Shown here in pieces: positions 39,101 through 47,791 of a DNA stretch of 47,791 nt. The DNA is from Octopus bimaculoides. Its lineage: Eukaryota. The notes below the pieces were generated by a model that saw only the letters and a program-made list of their open reading frames with translations, ran no database searches and was not told the origin of the DNA. The position numbers and the translations under genes were made by a program. The stretch spans positions 10,381,948-10,429,738 of the forward strand of contig NC_068981.1 of the NCBI RefSeq assembly GCF_001194135.2. Reading direction: 5' to 3'. Positions within the stretch are counted from its first letter, which is position 1, and every line of letters starts with the position of its first letter.

Positions 39101-42100
39101 GTAACAGAAGAATTCAAGACAAGCTGCCCCTGGGAGTTCCTCTATGCTGATGACCTTGCTCTAATAGCCAAGTCACTACCAGAACTAGCAACGAAGTTTA
39201 GTGTGTGGAAGCAAGGACTAGAATCGAAGGGCCTTAGAGTCAACCTAGCAAAAACCAAAGTCCTAGTAAGTAGGAAGGCAGACAAATCACAAACCCCTTC
39301 AAGTAAATGGTCCTGCTCGATCTGTAGAAAAAGCATAGGTAGAGACTTCATAAGATGTACCCAGTGTAAACTATGGACACATAAGAGGTGCAGCAATATC
39401 ACAGGAAGGCTAACTAGGAAGATTATTTTTGTTTGTGGCAGATGCTCAGGAGCAATAAACACTGAAAATGTGCAGAGAACAACTTCTGCCACATTCCAAA
39501 GAGAAAAACTAGAAGTAGTTGATAGCTTCTGCTACCTAGGTGACCAAGTCTATAGTGGGGGTAGATGCTCTGAGAGCAGAGCTGCTAGAATACGAATAGC
39601 CTGGGCAAAGTTCAGAGAGCTCCTACCACTGCTGGCAATTAAGGGCCTCTCGTTCAGGGTGAAAGGTAGATTGTATGATGCATGTGTTTGAACTGCCATG
39701 CCACATGGCAGTAAAACATGGGCCATAACTGCTGAGGACATGTGTACGCTTGAAAGAAATGAAGCTAGTATGATCCGCTGGATGTGTAATGTCAGTGTGC
39801 ATACACAACAGAGTGTAAGGACCCTGAGGGAAAATTTTGACATAAGAAGCATCAAATGTAGAGTGCAAGAGAGATGACTGCACTGGTATGGTCATGTGTT
39901 ACGTATGGATGAAGACGGCTGTGTGAGGAAGTGCCACACCCTAACAGTGGAGGGAACCTGTGGAAGAGGTAGACACAGGAAGACATGGGATGAGGTGGTG
40001 AAGCATGACCTTCGAATATTGGACCTCACAGAGGTGACGACAAGAGACTGAAACCTTTGGAGATATGTTGTGACTGAGCAGACCTGACAACTAAAGTGAG
40101 ATCGCAGCCGTGGGCCGATGCCAGTGTTGCATGACTGGCCCATTTAAGAGGACCCTTGAGGCATCAGGTGATATGATATCCTTGAGAAGACCTGTTCAGT
40201 CAAGTAAGATTGAAATCATAGCCTTGGCTAGTGTTGCCTGACTGGCATCGACCATGCTCAGATGGTGCTTTTTTATGTGCCACTGGCACAGGAGCCAGTC
40301 AGGTGGCTTTTAAACGGGCCATTGGCATAATTATATTTCACCATCATTTTAATAACATCCACATTTCTATGTTCGCATGGATCCAACAGAGGCAGGTCTT
40401 CTGCAGCCAAAAGCCTTTCCTGTTGCCAACCCTGACCCATTTCCAAGTAAGAAAATATTTCTTCTTGATGGAACATGTTTCTCAAAGAAAAATTAAAATG
40501 AGTGATTCTGCTTGTATGATGGTGGAACTCATTTGTAACTATCACATGATGTCAACACAAGAAGATACAAACATGCACACATACACACACACACGCACGC
40601 ACGCACGCATGTACGTATGTATGTATGTATGTATGTATGTCTGTGTACGTGTGTGTATATATATAGCGTCTAGTAACACAATCTGTATCACGTCCTCACG
40701 TTGTTGTTTTTTTTGTCTTTTTTGAACCTATATATCTATATATATATATATATATATATATNNNNNNNNNNNNNNNNNNNNNNNNNNNNNNNNNNNNNNN
40801 NNNNNNNNNNNNNNNNNNNNNNNNNNNNNNNNNNNNNNNNNNNNNNNNNNNNNNNNNNNNNNNNNNNNNNNNNNNNNNNNNNNNNNNNNNNNNNNNNNNN
40901 NNNNNNNNNNNNNNNNNNNNNNNNNNNNNNNNNNNNNNNNNNNNNNNNNNNNNNNNNNNNNNNNNNNNNNNNNNNNNNNNNNNNNNNNNNNNNNNNNNNN
41001 NNNNNNNNNNNNNNNNNNNNNNNNNNNNNNNNNNNNNNNNNNNNNNNNNNNNNNNNNNNNNNNNNNNNNNNNNNNNNNNNNNNNNNNNNNNNNNNNNNNN
41101 NNNNNNNNNNNNNNNNNNNNNNNNNNNNNNNNNNNNNNNNNNNNNNNNNNNNNNNNNNNNNNNNNNNNNNNNNNNNNNNNNNNNNNNNNNNNNNNNNNNN
41201 NNNNNNNNNNNNNNNNNNNNNNNNNNNNNNNNNNNNNNNNNNNNNNNNNNNNNNNNNNNNNNNNNNNNNNNNNNNNNNNNNNNNNNNNNNNNNNNNNNNN
41301 NNNNNNNNNNNNNNNNNNNNNNNNNNNNNNNNNNNNNNNNNNNNNNNNNNNNNNNNNNNNNNNNNNNNNNNNNNNNNNATATATATATATATATATATAT
41401 CAGTCAGTTGTTCATAAGTCCAGGTTGTATTCCTACCTCTGGTACTAGAGAGGTTATGTGCCTCTGACCAGCAAGTCTCATGTGTCACCTATATTGCTCA
41501 GAACATTATAGGGCAAATCCAAGAGTAACTCTCTGACAGGCCATAACCAACAACTATATTAATTACGAGTGTGTGTGACTGATAGGCTTCATACAATTTC
41601 TTATTTCTTTATTGCCCACAAGGGGCTAAACATAGAGGGGACAAACAAGGACAGACAAAGGGATTAAGTCGATTACATCGACCCCAGTTCGTAACTGGTA
41701 CTTAATTTATCGACCCTGAAAGGGTGAAAGGCAAAGTCGACCTCAGCGGAATTTGAACTCAGAACGTAACGGCAGACAAAATACCGCCTAGCATTTCGCC
41801 CGGCGTGCTAACGATTCTGCCAGCTCGCCGCCTTATACAGTTTCTATTTACCAAATTCACTCATAAAACATTGATCAGCACCCAAAGTGCTGTACAGTGG
41901 CACTGAACTGTGCCACTGAACTGTCACAGTGGGGCTGAACCCAAAACCCTGCGGGTGCAGCTGCCAGAAGTTATGACTCAACACCCACCCGGCCCTTACT
42001 CGTTACCAAATAATTAGAAAAGAAAACAGGACTATCAACAAGATGCCTACTGAAAGAGAAGGAAAAATATCGAAGTACTTACTGGTAGACAGAATTCTTC

Positions 42101-44795
42101 AAATGCAGGTTTGACAAGTGATGTATATTGGTTGAGAATATGCTCAAGATCTCTGCCTCGCAGAACATCTCGATTAACTAGAAACAAGAAAAGAAGAAGA
42201 ACACATTGAGACCATCAGCATTAATTGTTAAACGATGATGATGATGATGATGATGAAATCAATAATAGATCAGGGTTAAAATGAAATCCTAATATCTCTG
42301 ATGTAATTTTATGAAAAGCACTAGAGTTGTGGGTAGTAAAATTTAGCTTTGAAGCAGAAGTGTTGTGATGAAATATTGTTTTCTAAATGCAAAATAATAC
42401 TTGCATATAAATGACTAAAGAATGTATAATTGCATTTTTTGGAATAGTTTCCAGCCTTGTACAGAATGAAGAGGAAGTTGAAGTCCACCAGAAGACGAAT
42501 ATTAAATATTTAGAATATGATGTGGCTTCAAGACACATAAATGCATTCTGCAATGATTAAAAAAGAAAGAAAAAAAAACTTGGTCACAGGATAATTGCAG
42601 GCTACTTTTGATGTATGGAAAATGGTAGGATATACCTCGTCTTGCTAACCGAGTATCTGCATCAGTGTCAACAAACAGTTTCATGTGAAATAGGTCACGG
42701 ATTTCTTTAAAATAAAATGTCAAAATTCCTTCTACGAAAATTACATCAGGCTGCTCCAAAAACACTCCGTTTTCTTCCCTGAATGGTAAAATTAAAAAAA
42801 TTAAAAAATGAATACACAAGAAATAATTAGAGGCTCTGAATTTAAGGTTATGGCAAATGGCCGAAAATAAGCTCTATTCATAATGTATAGTTAGGTGATT
42901 ATTTAATGTTGAACCAGCAGTGAAATGATTTAATTCGCTAATAGAGAAATATTCCTCCTACACATTTTAGCAACAAAAATACATGAAAAAACAGTAAAAT
43001 ATTAATAAGAAAGATATTTCAAGCTGAAAGGTTATGAAACGATATTAGTTCATTGAAAATTGTGTCTTTGTCTCTCAGAGCATTACTTCCTACATAATTA
43101 AATTTTTGCAAAGACTGCTTCGAAGGTTTAAGATGTTTTAGTCTACGATAAACAGAAAGTACTTTTGCACTGTTACCCCATAATTAGAATCAGACTAATC
43201 AACAAATTAAGATTTTCCAGACTGTGGGTGTTTATAATAATAGCTACTAAATAACATAGACTATTCGGGCAGAAAATCTTGTTATCATTGCAAAAGACAT
43301 AAAATATATAGTAGAAAAAAAGTAATCTTCATCAATATCATTTAACGTCCGTTGTCAATGCTGGCATGGGTTGGGTGGTTTGACCAGGGCTGGTAAGCTG
43401 GAAGGCTGCACCAGACTCCAATCTGATTTGACATGGTTTTCTACAGCTGGATGCCCTTTCTAATGCCAACCACTCAGAGAGTGTAATGGGTGTTTTTACA
43501 TGTCACTGGCACAGGTGCCATTTGCATGACACTGGTATCTGCCACATCTGCGATTTTGCTCAGCTTGATGGGTCTTCTTCTAAAGCATAACATAATGCCA
43601 AAGGTCTCAGACATTGCCTCTTTGAGGCCCAAAACTCGAAAGGAACTCAGCCACTTTGCTTCCGTGAGGCCCAGTGTTCGAAAGGAATGGTCCAACGTTC
43701 AAAAGGAAATCTCCAACTTAATTTCGAGGTTATGTTAGAACGCAAAACACAGCATTATTCACCTCAAGTCTTTATGAGAGATTCTCTCAAGGTAACACAG
43801 TATTCTGTGTCCAAACACAAGCACCATGTCAAGTTGAAGATCAAGATTACCTTTTGGTAGTATTACTGCTTCTGCTGTTATTAATTACTTTCTAATAGGT
43901 TGATGAAAATGTTTGTGTGCCGTATTAAGCATTATTTTAACACAGCATTACTTTTAAAATAATGCTTAACACAGTGCACAAACTTTTTCCTCAACCTAGT
44001 AATAGAAAAATATTTTACACACATATGTTAATCTATCATCATCCTCATCAACAACATTTAATGTCCACTTTTCAATGCTTACATGGATCGGACGGAGTTT
44101 GTTGAAGCAGATTTTCTATGGTTGGATAACGTTCCCGCTACCAACTCTTACCTGTTTCCGAGCAAGGTAATATTGCAATATTTCTCCAAAGCCAAACATG
44201 CTTTTCATGGAGGATTGGAAATGAACAACATCACTTGTATGACAGTGATGCTCATTAACCAGAATTATGTGAGGACAAGACAAGGCTGGTAAGCTGGAAG
44301 GCTGCACCAGACTCCAATCTGATTTGGCATGGTTTTCTACGGCTAGATGCCCTTCCTAACGTCAGTCACTCCGAGAATGTTATGGTGTTTTTACATGCCA
44401 CTGGCACAGGTGCCATTTGTATGACACACACACAAAATACACCCACACAACACACACACATATACATATATATAAAATAGGCTCTTTTCAATTTGCATTT
44501 ACCAAATCTACTCACAAGGCTGTGGTTGGCCTGAGGCTATAGTAGAAGACATTTGCCATATAGTGGGACTGAACCCAAAACCATGTGGTTGGGAAGCAAG
44601 CTTCTTACCACACAGCCACGCCTGCACCTATGAATAGTTAAAGCAAAATGCAATTTTAAAATCTGAAAAAAAAAAAAAAAGAAAAGGTGTTTACTTACTT
44701 TGTACATGAAATATAATTATATTTTGGGATCATGATAGGTTTAGAAGCAGCTAAATCCTTCATTGTCTGCAGCATTCTTTTATAGTCAAATGCAT
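26168..44795 (-). CDS. UCK1/UCK2: Uridine-cytidine kinase, spliced 3' portion (5 coding exons; N-terminal exons outside window)
   Basis: Joined translation (D)[145 protein letters not shown]... matches the metazoan UCK motifs DAFD, EGIL, FVDTDxDxRLxRR, [22 protein letters not shown] and VAIxLIVQHI. All intron phases are compatible. Confidence 0.96.
27170..27490 (-). mobile_element. SINE with family-C head, (CA)n hinge and an alternative RTE-like tail
   Basis: Head-side cagtttcc...cacaaggcattggtc...gaaggcacttgccc; tail ccaatcctcacctgtttcc...tatcacatgatgtcaag shared with ~40335-40570 and ~44050-44280. Confidence 0.65.
27555..27832 (+). mobile_element. Degenerate family-E SINE with family-A-like 3' part and (GAT)n tail
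   Basis: ttcttgagcaaaacact...gttgctccagtccactcagctgg core, then ctgaatcttcctgagaactac...ctcagccacttg as in family A, ending gttaaacgctgatgatgat. Confidence 0.65.
27905..28160. mobile_element. MITE with 67-bp perfect terminal inverted repeats
   Basis: 27905-27971 is the exact reverse complement of 28094-28160; similarity continues inward. A related TIR piece (taacatggcagtcc...aggac.aatg) lies at ~17769-17804. Confidence 0.88.
28485..28925 (-). mobile_element. Family C/D SINE, full length, intronic
   Basis: Same head, (CA)n hinge and tail as 6786-7787; short duplication of the 5' end at ~28880-28925. Confidence 0.88.
29003..29172. mobile_element. Fold-back element, AAGCTT-rich TIR family, copy 1
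   Basis: agtattttttataagcttaaagcttatagtgttcattgtgcaatgactaaag mirrored by ctttagttattgcgcagtgatcgctataagctttaagctcataaaatact. Confidence 0.8.
30210..30640. repeat. Polypurine (GA/GGA) low-complexity tract
   Basis: Almost all A/G on the + strand. A comparable CT-rich tract lies at ~1860-2040. Confidence 0.85.
30649..30697 (-). CDS. UCK1/UCK2: UCK internal exon, 49 nt ([16 protein letters not shown])
   Basis: Acceptor GTGTTTTAG|ACA, donor ACAG|GTATGT; near-invariant UCK motif. Confidence 0.95.
30855..31130 (-). mobile_element. Family-B-related SINE with an internal 32-bp triplication
   Basis: ttctactctaggcacaaggcctgaaatttt tail; three units gaccctggtatgcaactggtacttaatttatc at 30922-31017. 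Confidence 0.8.
31724..32550 (+). mobile_element. 3' UTR/end of the same RTE family, ending in (GAT)n
   Basis: cttgagaagacct motif shared with ~40180; internal subrepeats tgccagtggcacgtaaaagcac; terminus gcatggaaagcagatgttaaacgacgacgatgatgat. Confidence 0.8.
32551..32661. repeat. Hairpin: 43-bp core arms (2 mismatches), 7-nt loop
   Basis: atgagataacaaagtcaaggctgtgaagtgttttcaggacatt-tcattat-aatgtcctgaaaactcttcacagccttggctttgttatctcat (32560-32652), extendable ~9 bp further. Confidence 0.9.
32856..33101. repeat. Long hairpin: 111-bp arms, 24-nt loop, abutting the Penelope 5' end
   Basis: 32856-32966 is the reverse complement of 32991-33101 with about 7 substitutions. Confidence 0.92.
33105..35720 (+). 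mobile_element. Penelope-like element (RT + GIY-YIG), decayed, intronic and antisense to UCK
   Basis: N-terminal [12 protein letters not shown]; SDKTGHIY; [20 protein letters not shown]; GLYRDD at 34200-34217; VNFLDITL; I*FTPPFS; linker [16 protein letters not shown]; IY...YIS(G) with C-terminal CKLC. Two in-frame stops and one frameshift (~34180-34200). Confidence 0.92.
37320..37985 (+). pseudogene. Mutator-like (MULE) transposase fossil
   Basis: Frameshifted pieces in MULE order and spacing: [14 protein letters not shown](YM)..LFYQLY..LMPE..(VD)..[34 protein letters not shown], compared with HWYMDGTF..LFYQLY..LNPE..DFE..VFPNxxIxGCFFH..IQxLGL..TNNxVEGWH..HP. Confidence 0.55.
38266..38506. 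mobile_element. Fold-back element, AAGCTT-rich TIR family, copy 2
   Basis: ~110-120-bp imperfect arms around an ~11-nt loop (agtgggt-tttctgcacgc-acccact); homologous to 29003-29172. Confidence 0.82.
38599..40303 (+). mobile_element. 5'-truncated RTE-clade LINE with RT, PHD-like finger and part of the 3' UTR (intronic, antisense)
   Basis: [37 protein letters not shown]-like, [24 protein letters not shown] motifs; several CGA>TGA stops. Confidence 0.92.
41602..41832 (-). mobile_element. SINE family B inserted into a family-C SINE
   Basis: Near-identical to 25071-25290; probable TSD atacaatttct/atacagtttct at 41591-41601 and 41835-41845; family-C sequence resumes after it. Confidence 0.88.
42083..42177 (-). 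CDS. UCK1/UCK2: UCK internal exon, 95 nt ([32 protein letters not shown])
   Basis: Acceptor TTCTTTTCTTGTTTCTAG|TT, donor CCA|GTAAGT; too short for the ORF track, translated by hand. Confidence 0.95.
42636..42778 (-). CDS. UCK1/UCK2: UCK internal exon, 143 nt ([19 protein letters not shown]...DTRLARR)
   Basis: Acceptor TTTACCATTCAG|G, donor CGAG|GTATAT; contains the EGIL and [10 protein letters not shown] motifs. Confidence 0.96.
43337..43700 (-). mobile_element. RTE 3'-end fragment including ORF tail
   Basis: catttaacgtccgttgtcaatgctggcatggg...; minus-strand peptide FRTLGLTEA resembles the RTE ORF end near 40010. Further fragments at ~26545-26705, ~44275-44415 and ~47695-47791. Confidence 0.78.
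44420..44630 (-). mobile_element. Family C/D SINE head with hinge
   Basis: accaaatctactcacaaggc...ggctatagtagaagaca...gggactgaaccc...cttaccacacagccacgcctgcacct. Confidence 0.75.
44699..44795 (-). CDS. UCK1/UCK2: UCK internal exon, 97 nt (D/AFD...YNYISCT/K)
   Basis: Acceptor TTTTTCAG|AT, donor AA|GTAAGT; phase 1 in, phase 2 out. Confidence 0.93.
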
Positions 44796-45124
44796 CTGAA
44801 AAATACAAATAACATATAATTAACATAGCAACTGTGATGACCATGCGACATTTGAACAACTGATATCTGTTTGTGTTTACCATGAAACAAAACTATATCG
44901 TCAGACCTTAAACCAACCATTTTGAAAAGACATGACACAGTTCATAATGTATGCTAAAACAACAAACCCAATATGATGCACTTTTAATACAACAATGAAA
45001 TATTCTCCAAAGTAAATAGATACAATATATTTAACACATCAAATGGGTTTGGTGATGCAAACAGGAAAAATAGAATAATAGAATACAAAACATAATGTGT
45101 GTATATACATGTATATACATGGGG

Positions 45125-45226
45125 TTAATTTGCTTGACTAAAGCAGTGCTCCAACATGGTCGCAGTCAAATGACTGAAACATGCAATGGTGGGGAGGACA
45201 AACACAGACACAAATATATAAACGCA

Positions 45227-45240
<14 letters not shown>
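45125..45240 (+). mobile_element. Family C/D SINE tail fragments
   Basis: gcagtgctccaacatggtcgcagtcaaatgactgaaaca; similar short tail remnants at ~3605-3657, ~29365-29420 and ~47495-47640. Confidence 0.65.
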
Positions 45241-45282
<42 letters not shown>

Positions 45283-45285
<3 letters not shown>

Positions 45286-45758
45286 GGGTTGGACAAAATA
45301 ATGGAAACACCTAGCATCACAGCATCATAATTTTGAAATATCTATAAACCATCAAAAGCTTGTTTATTTTTATGTGTTGATTTATTATCAGTGGTGCTTA
45401 ATATGTTTTGCTAAAATTGCTGTTTCTTTTCAGATATCATTAGTAAAAGGTAATTAAAATTCATTAAAATGACAGATCTATCAGACTTTCAAACAGGTCA
45501 AATTGTTGGTGCTCATATGGCAGGTGCTAGCATAACGAAAACAGCCGAAATGTTTGGTGTATCAAGAAGTACTGTCTCGAAAGTAATGACAGCTTTTGAG
45601 AAAGAGGAAAAAAACCCTCCTCATTAAAACAAAACTCCGGAAGAAAACCAAAACTTTCAGATAGGGATCATCAGACTCTTACATGAATTGTTAGAAAGGA
45701 TCACATAAGTACAGCTCCCAAAATTACTGCAGAGCTTAATGACCATCTCGAGAACCCA
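45283..45758 (+). mobile_element. Tc1-like transposon 5' fragment
   Basis: TA|CAGGGGTTGGACAAAATAATGGAAACACC TIR; ORF from 45469 MTDLSDFQTGQIVGAHMAGASITKTAEMFGVSRSTVSKVM...NSGRKPKLSDRD (paired-like HTH + GRPR-like motif). Confidence 0.87.
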
Positions 45759-45764
45759 CTGGCA

Positions 45765-46400
45765 GCCAGTGGAGAATGCCTTTGCTGCCAGCAAAGGTAA
45801 AGGTACCCTGAACTTTTCTATCCAATTCTAACTCTGGTTATTATGCTTTCTAAGCATCCACCTCCACTGAAGAATGGAACCATGATCCAGCTATAGATCT
45901 TGTCCACACTTTTCAACAAGTCGTCTCATATAACCTCCCAGTTATCCAGCATGTTATTAAGTCTCTATCTTCATTTTGTCATATCTATCATCTAAAAGCT
46001 ATCTAAATTTATGTTTAGCTGCCTGATGTTTCATTTCCTTCTCCTTCGTTTCCCCAGACTGCATTTTTATGTCAGAATCTGCCTCACTCTTATTCTAAAG
46101 TCACTAATCCCTATTCCGTGATGTAGTGACATATTCTTCAACAAGGAAAGATTTACTTTTCATAACGATCAATCTATTTTCTTTCCTGGTGAGAATTACA
46201 TCTAGCTAGCTTGTGTGTTCACCTGATTGGTAGCTGGTCAAGTGGCTGATTGATTTCCAGAGGTTAGTTTTGCAGATGTTTAGTTCATTTGTGTCACTGA
46301 AATCCAAAATCCTCATGCTTCTTCACTCCTTGAATCATATCCATAGCCATAATGCCGCTGCCCAACATTTCACAAAAATCACCAACCAAGATAATGAAGT
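45765..46400 (-). pseudogene. Degenerate RTE endonuclease fragment
   Basis: Minus-strand pieces IILVGDF and LITYQSGEHTSQLDVILTRK resemble the APE motifs GDFN and TYxSGxxxSQIDYIL. Confidence 0.6.
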
Positions 46401-46494
46401 TTCAGTTATTTGTAACAGGGCCTCATAAAAACTGACCTTTTAGTCTCAATTATATCATGTAAACAGAGATAATAGTCATTGTTACTTTAGCCAT

Positions 46495-46879
46495 AGTGGA
46501 GGCGCAATGGCCCAGTGGTTAGGGCAGCGGACTCGTGGTCATAGGATCGCGGTTTCAATTCCCAGACCAGGCGTTGTGAGTGTTTATTGAGCGAAAACAC
46601 CTAAAGCTCCACGAGGCTCCGGCAGGGGATGGTGGTGAACCCTGCTGTACTCTTTCACCACAACTTTCTCTTACTTCCTGTTTCTGTTGTGCCTGTAATT
46701 CAAAGGGCCAGCCTTGTCACACTGTGTCACGCTGAATATCCCCTAGAACTACGTTAAGGGTACATGTGTCTATGGAATGCTCAGCCACTTGCGCGTTAAT
46801 TTCACGAGCAGGTTGTTCCATTGATCGGATCAACTGGAATTCTCGACGTCGTAAGCGACGGAGTGCCAACAACAACAAC
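46495..46879 (+). mobile_element. tRNA-headed SINE, family A, with 12-bp TSD (intronic, antisense to UCK)
   Basis: TSD tactttagccat at 46483-46494 and 46880-46891; tail aacaacaacaac. Confidence 0.93.
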
Positions 46880-47791
46880 TACTTTAGCCATGACTAATCA
46901 AAGCTTAATTCTCTACCCAGAAGAATAGTACTTATGCTTTTTGCCAGTGAGAAGTTAAACTGAGGCACCCCACTATTTCACCTCATTCACACAAAACACA
47001 TTTATTCACCTCCATTCGAGCATATCTGTAATCTCAACGTATTACGACTTTACCTGTATTTTCCAAAATGATTAAAAATGATAAAATAATATTAGTTACT
47101 GACTAACATCAGGGTTTTTCTTTACCTCACTCAATAATTATAACTAGTTACGTTTTTTTTAATACCTCACTCCTCATTATATATGTAAACATTAAACTTA
47201 ATTACAGAGTTCCATAGACTAGCTAGTGTCATTTTATTTCCAAACACTCTGTCTGGTTCTAAAGTTTAATTCTAGTTCTTAAACCAATAAGACAATTGTG
47301 ATGACATTAATGTTCATAACATGGCCTAAAAATAAACATTATTTTCATTGCAGTCAGGTTGACCTGACCTGGCAAAAACAGATCATGACAACCGTCTCCT
47401 GATGTTAAAAGTGCTTTATCTTCTTTACAATTTTACATTTACCAATGAAAGACAGCCTTGAAGCTCAAGGCAATATTTTTTATCTTTTGATCTCTTACTT
47501 GTTTCAGTCATTAGACTGTGGCCATGCTGGGGCACCACCTTAAAGGATTTTTAATCAAATGAATTGACCCCAGTATTTCTTATGGTCTCTTTTGCTAAAA
47601 TGCTAAGTTACATGAACGTGAATACACTAACACCAAACACACACACACATATATACATATGTGTATATATATATATATATATGGCACATAAGATGCACCA
47701 TTTTGAGCGTGGCCGTTGCCAGTACCGCCTGACTGGCCTCCGTAGGATTTTCGAGCGAGATCGTTGCCAGTGCCCCTGGACTGGCTTGTGC

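Noticed and set aside
6915-41488. Long ORFs dominated by X residues (6915-7805, 9812-10757, 13071-14112, 17533-18471, 31311-31790, 35737-36021, 40701-41488)
   Set aside because: They only span N-gaps and flanking microsatellites and carry no coding evidence, except the RT part of 13174-14379, which belongs to the RTE.
46498-46565. tRNA gene
   Set aside because: A/B-box tRNA-like head continues into a SINE body with TSDs; not a standalone tRNA. The same applies to the other SINE heads.
1-47791. CRISPR arrays, rRNA or prokaryotic operons
   Set aside because: Spliceosomal introns, SINEs and LINEs show eukaryotic DNA; no repeat-spacer arrays or rRNA motifs seen.

Overview
AT-rich (TA/CA/GAT microsatellite-rich) animal genomic scaffold with 11 N-gaps. 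The repeat types suggest a cephalopod, probably Octopus (inference from SINE/RTE motifs, not a database hit). The only host gene I can support is a minus-strand uridine-cytidine kinase (UCK1/UCK2-like). Five coding exons at 44795-44699, 42778-42636, 42177-42083, 30697-30649 and 26274-26168 have GT-AG boundaries and splice in frame; its 5' exons lie beyond the window end. The rest is mostly mobile DNA: a near full-length RTE LINE, a PHD-finger-bearing RTE fragment, a Penelope-like element, mariner/Tc1/MULE fossils, piggyBac- and Tc1-type MITEs, several fold-back elements and many tRNA-headed SINEs, some with clean TSDs. The most notable observations are: (1) the UCK substrate-specificity His (human UCK2 H117 position) is Cys; (2) an old, insertion-riddled inverted duplication with ~3.5-kb arms (~440-4000 vs ~6220-9710) that holds a 103-bp core at 93% identity; (3) a cluster of long near-perfect hairpins in the UCK introns; (4) modular SINEs that appear to swap tails at an internal microsatellite. 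All alignments were done by eye, so element boundaries without TSDs are approximate.
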